From: an uncultured Solibacteraceae bacterium
GTDB taxonomy: Bacteria > Acidobacteriota > Terriglobia > Bryobacterales > Bryobacteraceae
Direction: 5' to 3'
Assembly (NCBI GenBank): GCA_964505625.1
Contig: CAZDIZ010000002.1
Coordinates: 9,803 to 73,802 of the forward strand
DNA length: 64,000 nucleotides
Under the pieces are notes generated by a model. The model saw only the letters and a list, made by a program, of their open reading frames with translations, did no database searches and had not been told where the DNA came from. This document shows, piece after piece, positions 9,725-18,266 of this stretch. Each line of letters starts with the position of its first letter. Positions within the stretch are counted from its first letter, which is position 1. The position numbers and the translations under genes were made by a program.

Positions 9725-10180
9725 ATGAAGTCCTCATCGTCTTCCAGTACCGTTCCGGTGGCGCGAATCCTGTTGGTGGATGACAACCAGGCAGGCCTAG
9801 CCGCGCGGAAGTCGGTGTTGGAGGAATTCGGCCACAAGGTGACAACCGCTGTCAGCGGGCACGAAGGTCTGGAATGTTTCGGCGGTGAAGCATTCGACCT
9901 AGTGATCACCGATTACAAGATGCCGCGCATGAACGGCGTCGAGTTGATTGAAAGAGTTCGCAAGCAGAACAAAGAAGTTCCTGTCATTCTGATTTCCGGT
10001 TTCGCCGATCCGCTGGGGTTGAACGAGTCCAACACGGGCGCTGACGTTGTCATACAAAAGAGCTCGAATGAGGTCAACCACCTAGTGCGTTCGGTGAGCC
10101 GTTTGCTTCGCCGCCAGATCCCCAAAAAGCCGCCCGTATCTCACCAAGCGGCCGCCAAGGCGAAGCGCAAGAGCGGCTGA
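9725..10180 (+). CDS. Single-domain response regulator (CheY-like receiver)
   Basis: ARILLVDDNQ...DLVITDYKMPRMNG...PVILISG receiver motifs. Start taken at the ATG at 9725 inside track ORF 9683..10180. Confidence 0.85.
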   Translation: MKSSSSSSTVPVARILLVDDNQAGLAARKSVLEEFGHKVTTAVSGHEGLECFGGEAFDLVITDYKMPRMNGVELIERVRKQNKEVPVILISGFADPLGLNESNTGADVVIQKSSNEVNHLVRSVSRLLRRQIPKKPPVSHQAAAKAKRKSG

Positions 10181-10239
10181 GCAGCAAAGAGTTCCCCTGT
10201 TGTTCTGGTGTCCCGCCGGATGCGTGTAGCGGCCGGACG

Positions 10240-11760
10240 CTAGAAAGCGTTGAGTAATTCCCGCAATACGAATCGGAAGGCTGCAAGATCTCGTGCCGGC
10301 CCGGGAGTGGCTGCGCGTAGGGCTAACTCTCGGGCCTTGGCGGGGTTGCGCCGGCCCAGTTCCACCAGCAGGCCGTAATCTTCCACAGACTCGCGCAGTT
10401 GCTCCAGACGGATCGAGCTGAACAAGGTCCGGCCGTCGCGATTCGGATACGTCAGATGCGCGCCGCCGGGCGGTGGGAAGCCTGATTCGCTTTCGAAAGC
10501 TGGCTGTGTGTCCTTGAACGGATCCGGGCTCCAACGGTTCGCTTCCCAGCGAAAGCGCGTGCGCGCGCCTTGCTGGTAAGCGTGCCAGCCCAGCGTGCGG
10601 GTTTCAACCAATGGATGGTCGATGTAACTCCCGCTGCCAGCGTCCTTGGCAACGCCGGCGGCAGGCAGCAGGCGCCGGATTTCCCTTTCGAATTGAGCGC
10701 ACACCCCGGCTTCGCACGCGCTCGGAGAGTCCAGCAAGCCTTGGACATAGCGTTGCTCCCAGTTGTTCGCCGCCAACACCTTACGCAGCGAGCCGTAGAA
10801 GCTCTCCAGAAACGCCTGAACGCGAGGATCGGTGGCGGCGACGTGGCGCTCGACGGCGCGGCCTTCCTCGACCGTCCAAATGCGCAGAGTGGGTGGATCG
10901 CACTTGCGAGTGCCGTGCGAGAGCAATTGCCCGCCATCCAGCGCCAGGCGAACTCCGGCGGTCTCGAACGTGCGCACGAAGCGGACGTAGTTCGAAAAAT
11001 CGTAGCGCAACGCCCCGCCGCTGACGCTCACTTCCACCAGATCCATGGGAGGGGCGGGAATGAACGTCTGATGATAGGGCGCCAGGAATCGCGCCACGTT
11101 GCCGGCGACGATCCACCACTGATTGGAAAAACGCGGCGCGCGGAAGAACTGTTGCATGTGCCCGTCGTCCCACTTCAGCCGCAGGGCGACATCGATCGGG
11201 AGTTCCTCCGGCACGGTCGCCTTCGTGATATCGAGCGAGTACGGAACCTCACTCACCTTCTCGGACCCCTGGCGCAGAACCAGCACGCCGTTGTAGCGGC
11301 CGGGCGTCTGATCGGCGGGAATCGGAATCGTGATCCAAACCGCGCGCGTCTTGTTCTTCTCCACCGTCATCGGGAAGCTGGTGAGCAAGGCGTCGGGGAA
11401 CAAGGCGGGCGCCTTACGCAATTGGTACCCGTCGTGAGTGTTGGGCGTGTTGGTGGTCGCCACCACGTATTCGACCCGGCGCACTTGTATCCGGTCGATG
11501 GGCATGCCGGGGCCGTTGAGCGCCAGCGCATCGACGTACAGATCGCCGATACCGGTGCTGGAACGAAGCGCCAGTTGCACGCTGACGTGAGAGCGGCGCG
11601 CGGCGGCAAACGTGGCTTCGCGCATCGTGTTGCTTCCCGCGGGATCGTCGGGAAACACCGCGGCGAGCGGGTCCACCAGCCAGGTTTCCACATTCCGGGT
11701 TCGGCAGCAGCCGGAGGCGAGTATCAAGATCGACAAGGCCGCGAAAAGACGGATACGCAT
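10240..11760 (-). CDS. GH123/DUF4091-like protein, degenerate paralog
   Basis: Aligns along its length with the upstream paralog (e.g. NNWEQRYVQGLLDSPSA vs KNWTGRYVQHIHDEPHG; IRLEQLRESVEDYGLLVEL vs IRLEAMREGIEDYELLRAL). It lacks about 55 residues and has DS in place of DE. Lipoprotein-like N-terminus LILASGCC. Confidence 0.6.
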   Translation of the reverse strand: MRIRLFAALSILILASGCCRTRNVETWLVDPLAAVFPDDPAGSNTMREATFAAARRSHVSVQLALRSSTGIGDLYVDALALNGPGMPIDRIQVRRVEYVVATTNTPNTHDGYQLRKAPALFPDALLTSFPMTVEKNKTRAVWITIPIPADQTPGRYNGVLVLRQGSEKVSEVPYSLDITKATVPEELPIDVALRLKWDDGHMQQFFRAPRFSNQWWIVAGNVARFLAPYHQTFIPAPPMDLVEVSVSGGALRYDFSNYVRFVRTFETAGVRLALDGGQLLSHGTRKCDPPTLRIWTVEEGRAVERHVAATDPRVQAFLESFYGSLRKVLAANNWEQRYVQGLLDSPSACEAGVCAQFEREIRRLLPAAGVAKDAGSGSYIDHPLVETRTLGWHAYQQGARTRFRWEANRWSPDPFKDTQPAFESESGFPPPGGAHLTYPNRDGRTLFSSIRLEQLRESVEDYGLLVELGRRNPAKARELALRAATPGPARDLAAFRFVLRELLNAF

Positions 11761-13445
11761 CAGAATGCCTCCAGGAGTTGCCGTTCGAGTTTGCGGAATT
11801 CAGCGGTGCTTCGAATGTAGTCGTTGATGTGCGGCACGGCCTTTTCCGCCAGCGCCAGCGCTCGAGCTTTTTCGCGCTCGCTCAGCGCGCGCAGCAGTTC
11901 GTAATCCTCGATCCCCTCGCGCATCGCCTCCAGGCGTATGCAGCTCAGCACGCCGTCGGTGGCCGGAGCCGGATAGAGCACGGCGTTATCGCCCGCCGGC
12001 AACAGCGTGTGGTTGTCGTTGATCACGCGCTGCACGTTCTCAAACGGGCTCGGCCCCCAGAAGTTGCCGCCCCAATGCAGGAAGCCCGCCAGATTGTGGC
12101 GATAGTTGAACCAGTGCAGCAGGCGCGTCTTCAACAGGGGCTGATCGATGAAGCGGTTCAGGTAGCGGCCCTGAGGGTAAATGCAGGTGTAGAACCACGT
12201 CTGGCCGCCGCGCGCGGCATGCGCGGCGAGCACGTCGAACTTGCGGTCGAAGCTGCCTAGAATGGTCACCCAGATATCGGTGACGTCGAAGTAGCGCACG
12301 TCCTCTTCGAGCGAGATCGCGTCGATGGTCGGAATGCCCGGGAGATTGCGGCGGATGATGCGGCCGTAACGTTGATAGGAAGCCGATTCGGCGCCGTGCG
12401 GTTCGTCGTGAATGTGCTGCACGTAGCGGCCGGTCCAGTTCTTCTCTTTCAGGTGTTTGTAAAGCGCCGAAAGGTACGAGTCGAGAAAACGTTCTCCGCG
12501 CGCGTCCTCCGGCGGCAGGCTTCGCCACACCAGCTTGCCTTGCTCCACTACAGGCGTGGGCACCACCAACTCGGTGTCGTAGCCGGATGCTCTTCCAAGA
12601 AGATGCCCGCCCTCGATGGTGCCGATGACTCCGGCGCGTTCGAAAATCTCCACCCAGCGGTCGAACCGGTCGAAACGATATTCGATGGAGCCTCCGCGCG
12701 GCGTCATGTCCGTCAGCGACTGGACCGGTGTCAGAATGACGTTCTGCCGGTGCGCCGCCATGACGCGCGCAATGTTCTCCAGCAGCCTCCAGTAGTTTTC
12801 CGGATTGCGCTCAAGCGAGGGATAGTAGCGGCTCAGCATCCCGCGGTCCAGGTTGAACCAATTGGTCACTTGCAGGGTCTGGCGCGCGGGCACAACAGCG
12901 CTGGTGACGCGCACCGTGAAATCCTTGCGCGCGAGCACGGTGCCGTTCTGCGAAAACCGTACCGCGCCGCGATAGTCGCCCGGCCGCGCGCCGGTGGGAC
13001 AAGACACCGTGAGCCAGACGGCATGCGTTTCCCGCGCCGGCAGGTTGAATGGGAAGTCCTCGAACAGCGGATCGGGGAACATTGATGGCGCGGCGCGCAC
13101 CACTTCATCCGGCGGTGTGTTCGGTGGATTTGAGCCAACCGGAACGTAACCCACGCGGCGGACTTCGACTGGCAAGCGCGTACCGCTGAGTTCCGGCGCA
13201 TCGACGGCCACGTTGAGCGAGGCCACGCCTTCGCGCGAGCGCAGAGCGATCTGCAAACTGGCGTGCCCGTTGCGTGCGATCAGGCGAGGCTCGCTGCCTG
13301 CTTTCCCCGTGCCGGCGGCATCGCCGGGAAAGACTTTGTCGAGCGAGTCGACCATCCAACAATCCAGTCTTGGCCCCGACGCGCAACCGGCTAGCATCAG
13401 GAGCGCGATAACGGGGAGCGATCCGAGAGAGCGGGAAATATGCAT
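11760..13445 (-). CDS. GH123/DUF4091-family glycoside hydrolase-like protein (putative beta-N-acetylhexosaminidase type)
   Basis: C-terminal DUF4091-type region TWFYTCIYPQGRYLNRFIDQPLLKTRLLHWFNYRHNLAGFLHWGGNFW...IRLEAMREGIEDYELL. Candidate catalytic pair HDEP. Lipoprotein signal LLMLAGCAS. Confidence 0.65.
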   Translation of the reverse strand: MHISRSLGSLPVIALLMLAGCASGPRLDCWMVDSLDKVFPGDAAGTGKAGSEPRLIARNGHASLQIALRSREGVASLNVAVDAPELSGTRLPVEVRRVGYVPVGSNPPNTPPDEVVRAAPSMFPDPLFEDFPFNLPARETHAVWLTVSCPTGARPGDYRGAVRFSQNGTVLARKDFTVRVTSAVVPARQTLQVTNWFNLDRGMLSRYYPSLERNPENYWRLLENIARVMAAHRQNVILTPVQSLTDMTPRGGSIEYRFDRFDRWVEIFERAGVIGTIEGGHLLGRASGYDTELVVPTPVVEQGKLVWRSLPPEDARGERFLDSYLSALYKHLKEKNWTGRYVQHIHDEPHGAESASYQRYGRIIRRNLPGIPTIDAISLEEDVRYFDVTDIWVTILGSFDRKFDVLAAHAARGGQTWFYTCIYPQGRYLNRFIDQPLLKTRLLHWFNYRHNLAGFLHWGGNFWGPSPFENVQRVINDNHTLLPAGDNAVLYPAPATDGVLSCIRLEAMREGIEDYELLRALSEREKARALALAEKAVPHINDYIRSTAEFRKLERQLLEAF

Positions 13446-13448
13446 GTG

Positions 13449-14804
13449 TTATTTCGCCAGGGGGAACAGTGACAACGGGTTGTCGCAGAGTAGCATGCGT
13501 CCGATTTCGACGGCGTCGTTTTCGTCGTGAATACCCGCCTCGACGTTTTCGGCGAGCACCTGCGAAATGTTGCGGCGCGCCATCCGCGCATGCCCGTAAC
13601 TCAACTCGGCGAAGTTGTAGTCGCCGCCGAATCCCATGATCTTGTTGAACGGCAGAGTTTCGAGATATTCGTGCAACGCGCGGCGGCTCTCGCCCGGCGC
13701 GATGATGTGCGCCCAGCAGAAATCCACGTAGACGTTCGGAAACATCTTCGCGAGCACAGCCAATTCGGACTGATACGGATAGCCGATGTGAAACAGGTCG
13801 AACTTCACTTTCGGATAGAGCAGAAACAGATTGGTCAGATGCGTAGGGTTCGAGTTGGCGATGAAGTTCGGTCCGGCGTGCAACCCCGTGTGCAGCTGCA
13901 CGGGGTAGTTGTGCGCCTCGGCCAACCGCATCAGGTGATGGAACATGTGGTCTTCCAGATTGCGGTACGGCCGTTCGCGCAAGCGGCGGAAGCCCTGCGG
14001 CAAAACGTGCGCTCCACGCAGCAGTTGCTCGAAATCGCGCGCCGCCTCCGCCTCACTCACCTCGCGAAACTCGATCTCGCGGTTGTAGGCGATCGTCGAC
14101 TTCACCGCCGCCATGCCTACCGCGATGCTCTGCGAGAAGCTCTTCTCCATGGCCTGTTTGAGGCCCGCGAGATTGTTGATGCTCACGCCGGTGAGCGCTT
14201 CCAGTTCCCTGACGGCGCTGATGGTTTGCGGCGTGATGTAGCGGTCGAATTTGCGCGCGGGAACAAAAAACTCCGGATCGAGCTTCATCGGCGCGGCGTT
14301 GTAGTTGTCGTCGACAATCGCGCGCCGGATGCGTGCGCGCTCCTTGAATACCCAACGATAAAGGCCCGGCCGGATGCGCGCGGCGATCCGCTCGTTGATG
14401 GCGTCAATGGTGGAAGCGGAGATGTCCTCTACTTCGTACAAGTCGCGGATAGTGATGCGGAGCGCTTGGCCGTAACCGGTGAATCGGCAGTTGTGCCACC
14501 ACGGCTCGAACGCTTTCCAACGCACGGCCGCGGACGCCCGCCGGTCGGCGATGACGTCCTGCGCGGATTTCGGCAGGCCGGAACTCACGACGTCGCCCAG
14601 CAGGTAGTGCGAGGCCAGCGTGAAAAAGTCGGCCGGATCGGAGAGACGTTTCTGCTCGAGCGCAGTGTGCTCGTGTGTGTCGACGATTTCGAGCGCGTCG
14701 AAAACGCCGAATAGACGATCCACCAGCGATCTGGATCTCGGCGCGGCACTTGCCGCGCCGAGCGCTGGTAATTGCGAAAGAAACCCACGCCGGTCGCTGC
14801 TCAT
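13449..14804 (-). CDS. Tat-exported amidohydrolase-superfamily (TIM-barrel metal hydrolase) protein
   Basis: Twin-arginine N-terminus MSSDRRGFLSQLPALGAASAA. HxH metal motif IVDTHEHT. 451 aa. Confidence 0.6.
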   Translation of the reverse strand: MSSDRRGFLSQLPALGAASAAPRSRSLVDRLFGVFDALEIVDTHEHTALEQKRLSDPADFFTLASHYLLGDVVSSGLPKSAQDVIADRRASAAVRWKAFEPWWHNCRFTGYGQALRITIRDLYEVEDISASTIDAINERIAARIRPGLYRWVFKERARIRRAIVDDNYNAAPMKLDPEFFVPARKFDRYITPQTISAVRELEALTGVSINNLAGLKQAMEKSFSQSIAVGMAAVKSTIAYNREIEFREVSEAEAARDFEQLLRGAHVLPQGFRRLRERPYRNLEDHMFHHLMRLAEAHNYPVQLHTGLHAGPNFIANSNPTHLTNLFLLYPKVKFDLFHIGYPYQSELAVLAKMFPNVYVDFCWAHIIAPGESRRALHEYLETLPFNKIMGFGGDYNFAELSYGHARMARRNISQVLAENVEAGIHDENDAVEIGRMLLCDNPLSLFPLAK

Positions 14805-14840
14805 AGCTTGGCCACGAGCGTGGATTGTAGCACAGCCGGA

Positions 14841-15767
14841 CTAACGCAGCAGTGCTTCAACCTTCGTCGCCAACTCTTCGTAGCGCATCACGTCGGGGTG
14901 GTAAAGCTGCACCAGGCCCTGACGGTCGACCAACACGAAGGTCGGTACGGTGCTCGACCCGTACAGGCGCAGATTCTTCTCGTTCACCGGGACCCAAGCA
15001 TCCCCAAGCCCCGTGTAAACCTCATCGCGCACCTTTTCGATGTAGCGCAGTTCCTCGGCCGGCGCGGCGTCCTCGCCGCGCTTGGTGTAGCCGTATAGCG
15101 CCGTGGGCATGCAGAATTTCAGACCCTTGGGGCCAAACTCCGATTGCAGCCGCGCAAGCACCGGAGCCATGGCCTTGCAGTCCGGGCACCAGTGCGCCCA
15201 GAAGTAGAGCAACACCGGATGGCCCTTCAACGACGCAAGTGCCGCGGGCTTGGACCCCACGTACTGGCTCATATCGAGCGCCGGCGCGGGCCGCCCCTCC
15301 AATTTCAGCAAATGGAGATTCTTCTGGATGCGTATGGCGAGCGACGTATCGCGGTACCTCTCGAATTCCCGTTCCAGCATGTCGATGGCCTGGCTATTTT
15401 CATGGCGCTTGGCCATCACTTGCGCGTCCACCTCGATGGCGGCGCCGAGCGCGGTGGCGAGAAAACGGTCCTCGTCGACGGAACGTCCTTTCAATAGATC
15501 CGCGACCAGCTTGCGCGTCTGTTCGACGTAATGGTCCGCCGAATCCAGACGGTGACGCGCCAGCGCGCCGCGTCCCAGCCAACTCATGGCCGCGGCAAGC
15601 TCGCTGGTTGCGCCCTGCTTGGAGTGATACTCGCGCAGGCGCGCTTCCGCCGCGGTGAAATCATCGCGGTCGATGAGCGAACGAATCTCTGTAACCAGCG
15701 CCGATTTCGGCGCGGGAGCCGCCACCAACGCGGCGGACAACGATAGCACAACCAACGGCAGTCTCAT
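14841..15767 (-). CDS. TlpA/redoxin-like thiol-disulfide oxidoreductase with an N-terminal helical (TPR-like) domain
   Basis: Thioredoxin-fold CxxC: HPVLLYFWAHWCPDCKAMAPVL. Signal peptide MRLPLVVLSLSAALVAAPAP. The ATG at 15767 forms an ATGA overlap with the upstream stop. Confidence 0.75.
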   Translation of the reverse strand: MRLPLVVLSLSAALVAAPAPKSALVTEIRSLIDRDDFTAAEARLREYHSKQGATSELAAAMSWLGRGALARHRLDSADHYVEQTRKLVADLLKGRSVDEDRFLATALGAAIEVDAQVMAKRHENSQAIDMLEREFERYRDTSLAIRIQKNLHLLKLEGRPAPALDMSQYVGSKPAALASLKGHPVLLYFWAHWCPDCKAMAPVLARLQSEFGPKGLKFCMPTALYGYTKRGEDAAPAEELRYIEKVRDEVYTGLGDAWVPVNEKNLRLYGSSTVPTFVLVDRQGLVQLYHPDVMRYEELATKVEALLR

Positions 15768-16816
15768 GTGTTCCCCCACTGGCGCAAACAACGCAGGCTT
15801 GCTTCCAGGTCCTCGCGTTCGCGCGCGGCTGTTTCTTCTTTGGATGCCGCGGCGGCAGGTGCCGGACGCGGCTTTCCCTTATCGGCCAGGGCCAGGAAGC
15901 GAGCAAACTCCCAGGCGGGCGTCTTGCGGTAAGCCTGCCAGAAGTCGCGCTCGTTGAATCGCTGCGCCACCGGGCCGGTGATGATGACTTCGAGCGAAAT
16001 AGTTTTACCAGGACACAACTCGGCGAAACGGCGTACGTAATCTTCGATGCCGACATTGCCTTCGCCCAAACGCACCCACGCGACCGCGCTGCCTTCGGGC
16101 GTGCGCCAGACGTAGCTGTCGCGCAAGTGCGAGGTCAGCACATACGGCGCCAGCGTCTCAAGTGTGAGGTGCGGATCTTCGATGGCCCAAAGCGGATTGC
16201 CGGAATCCAGACACGAGCCTACGATGTCGGTTCCCGCCGCTTCGATCAGTGTCTTCACCTCGCGCGCCTGCATGTCGCCGGCGTGGTTTTCGATGGCAAT
16301 TTTCAGGCCGCTGGATTGTATGCGCGACCGCGAAGCGCGCAGCACTTTCACGGCGTTTTCGATGTGGTTGTCGATCGAGAGCTTGCCGCGGCGGTCGGCG
16401 CCGTGACCAAGAAACGCGCGCACGATGGGTGAACCGAGAATGCGGGCCGCGTCCAGCATCCGCGCGATCTGCTCTTCCGCCGTGCCTTGTTTGGGATCGA
16501 AGGCGTTGGAAGTCGGACAAATGCTTCGCATGCCGACTTCAATCTGAATTCCCAAACGGTCGGCGTGCTCGCGAACCTTCTTGAGATGCGCCGTTTCCAT
16601 GCCACCGAGGAAACGAATCTCGGAGAAGTGCACCACCTGGACCTTCTGCCGGGCGCAGTAATCCAGGTATTCAAATGGAGTCCAGCCCTGATTTCTCAGA
16701 CTGAATAGGTCGATGCCGATTCGTAAAGCAGGCTTCTGTTGCATGGCTTGAGCCATGCCGGTGCCGGCGGCGGCAGCCGCGACAAATGTTCGACGGCGCA
16801 TCCCACTATTATCCAT
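15764..16816 (-). CDS. Tat-exported sugar phosphate isomerase/epimerase (xylose-isomerase-like TIM barrel)
   Basis: MRRRTFVAAAAAGTGMA Tat signal. IAIENHAGD and LDSGN motifs typical of the AP_endonuc_2/XylA-like TIM barrel. Confidence 0.75.
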   Translation of the reverse strand: MDNSGMRRRTFVAAAAAGTGMAQAMQQKPALRIGIDLFSLRNQGWTPFEYLDYCARQKVQVVHFSEIRFLGGMETAHLKKVREHADRLGIQIEVGMRSICPTSNAFDPKQGTAEEQIARMLDAARILGSPIVRAFLGHGADRRGKLSIDNHIENAVKVLRASRSRIQSSGLKIAIENHAGDMQAREVKTLIEAAGTDIVGSCLDSGNPLWAIEDPHLTLETLAPYVLTSHLRDSYVWRTPEGSAVAWVRLGEGNVGIEDYVRRFAELCPGKTISLEVIITGPVAQRFNERDFWQAYRKTPAWEFARFLALADKGKPRPAPAAAASKEETAAREREDLEASLRCLRQWGNT

Positions 16817-16840
16817 ATCAGCGGATTGCTGAAAAGCCGG

Positions 16841-17725
16841 TTACAGTTCGAGCGACTTCAGGTACGCGCGGAACTTCCCGCCCAGATCCGGCCGTGCCAA
16901 CGCGAATTCCACCGTGGCCTTCAGGAAACCGAGCTTGTCGCCGGCATCGTAACGGTTGCCTTCGAAACGATAGCCGTAGATGGGATTCTCCGCCAGCAGG
17001 TGCCGCAACGCGTCGGTGAGTTGTATCTCGCCTCCCGCGCCCGGCTGCACCTGCTCGATCGACGAGAAAATTTCCGGCGCCAGAATATAACGGCCGATGA
17101 TCGCCAGGTTCGACGGTGCCTTGCCGGCGGCGGGCTTCTCCACCAGGTCCGTAACGCGATAGAGACGATCCGATGTGCCATTGAACGGAACCGGTTCGGC
17201 TGCCACCACGCCGTAAGCGGCAATTCTCTCCGGGGGCACTTCCATCAGCGCCAACACCGATGCGCCGTATCTCTCATGAACGTCGAGCAACTGCTTCAGG
17301 CAGGGGATGGGAGCGTCGATCACGTCGTCGCTCAGCACAACCGCGAACGGTTCGTGTCCCACCAGTTCGCGCGCGCGCAGCACGGCGTGGCCGAGTCCCA
17401 GCGCCTCTTTCTGCCGGATGTAGCTGACGTCGATCATGTCCGAAACGCGCCGGACACTTTCGAGCAGATCGGTGCGGTTACGGCGTTCGAGCAGATTCTC
17501 CAGTTCGAAGCTCACGTCGAAGTGATCTTCAATGGCGCTCTTACCGCGGCCGGTGACGATGATGATGTTCTGAATTCCGGAGTTGATGGACTCTTCGACG
17601 CCGTACTGAATCAGCGGCTTGTCTACCAGCGGGAGCATCTCCTTCGGTTGGGCCTTGGTCGCGGGAAGGAATCGCGTACCAAGACCCGCGGCGGGGAAAA
17701 CTGCCTTCCTCACTTTGGCGGTCAT
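16841..17725 (-). CDS. galU: UTP--glucose-1-phosphate uridylyltransferase
   Basis: MTAKVRKAVFPAAGLGTRFLPATKAQPKEMLPLVDKPLIQYGVEE is the GalU signature. The track ORF start at 17920 is an upstream artefact. Confidence 0.9.
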   Translation of the reverse strand: MTAKVRKAVFPAAGLGTRFLPATKAQPKEMLPLVDKPLIQYGVEESINSGIQNIIIVTGRGKSAIEDHFDVSFELENLLERRNRTDLLESVRRVSDMIDVSYIRQKEALGLGHAVLRARELVGHEPFAVVLSDDVIDAPIPCLKQLLDVHERYGASVLALMEVPPERIAAYGVVAAEPVPFNGTSDRLYRVTDLVEKPAAGKAPSNLAIIGRYILAPEIFSSIEQVQPGAGGEIQLTDALRHLLAENPIYGYRFEGNRYDAGDKLGFLKATVEFALARPDLGGKFRAYLKSLEL

Positions 17726-17768
17726 CACTTCCATTGTATCCGTGCGAATCCCTACCACGCGTCTGGTT

Positions 17769-18266
17769 ATGGATAATGTTGCTATGGCCGACGAGCGCTT
17801 CGAGTTTGCCGTGGAGCTGTACGAGAAGGCACACCGACTCTGTGAGCAGGGCGACTCGGATCTGGCGATGGATCTGTGCCGCCGCTCGCTGGAACTGTAC
17901 GACACCGCCGAGGCGCGCACGTTGTTGGGATGGATCTATCACGATCAGGGCCGTTTGGACGATGCCATCTCCGAATGCAAGAAGGCGGTGGAACTCGATC
18001 CCGACCTCGGCAATCCCTACAACGACATCGGCGCGTACCTCATCGAGAAGGGTGACTACGATGCCGCCATCGGGTGGCTCGAGAAAGCCACACGTAGCCG
18101 GCGCTATCGCAGCTATCACTTTCCTTGGTACAACCTGGGACGAGTCTATGCGGCCAAGGAACTGTTTAGACGTGCCGCGGAATGCTTCGAACGGGCGCTC
18201 GAGATCGAACCGGATTATTCGGAAGCCGAAGTCGCACTGCACCGGCTCAAGCTGCTGGTCCAATAG
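17769..18266 (+). CDS. TPR-repeat protein
   Basis: Repeated TPR units (EARTLLGWIYHDQGRLDDAISECKKAVELDPDLGNPYNDIGAYLIEKGDYDAAIGWLEKA...). Start at the ATG at 17769 (MDNVAMADERF). Confidence 0.75.
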   Translation: MDNVAMADERFEFAVELYEKAHRLCEQGDSDLAMDLCRRSLELYDTAEARTLLGWIYHDQGRLDDAISECKKAVELDPDLGNPYNDIGAYLIEKGDYDAAIGWLEKATRSRRYRSYHFPWYNLGRVYAAKELFRRAAECFERALEIEPDYSEAEVALHRLKLLVQ

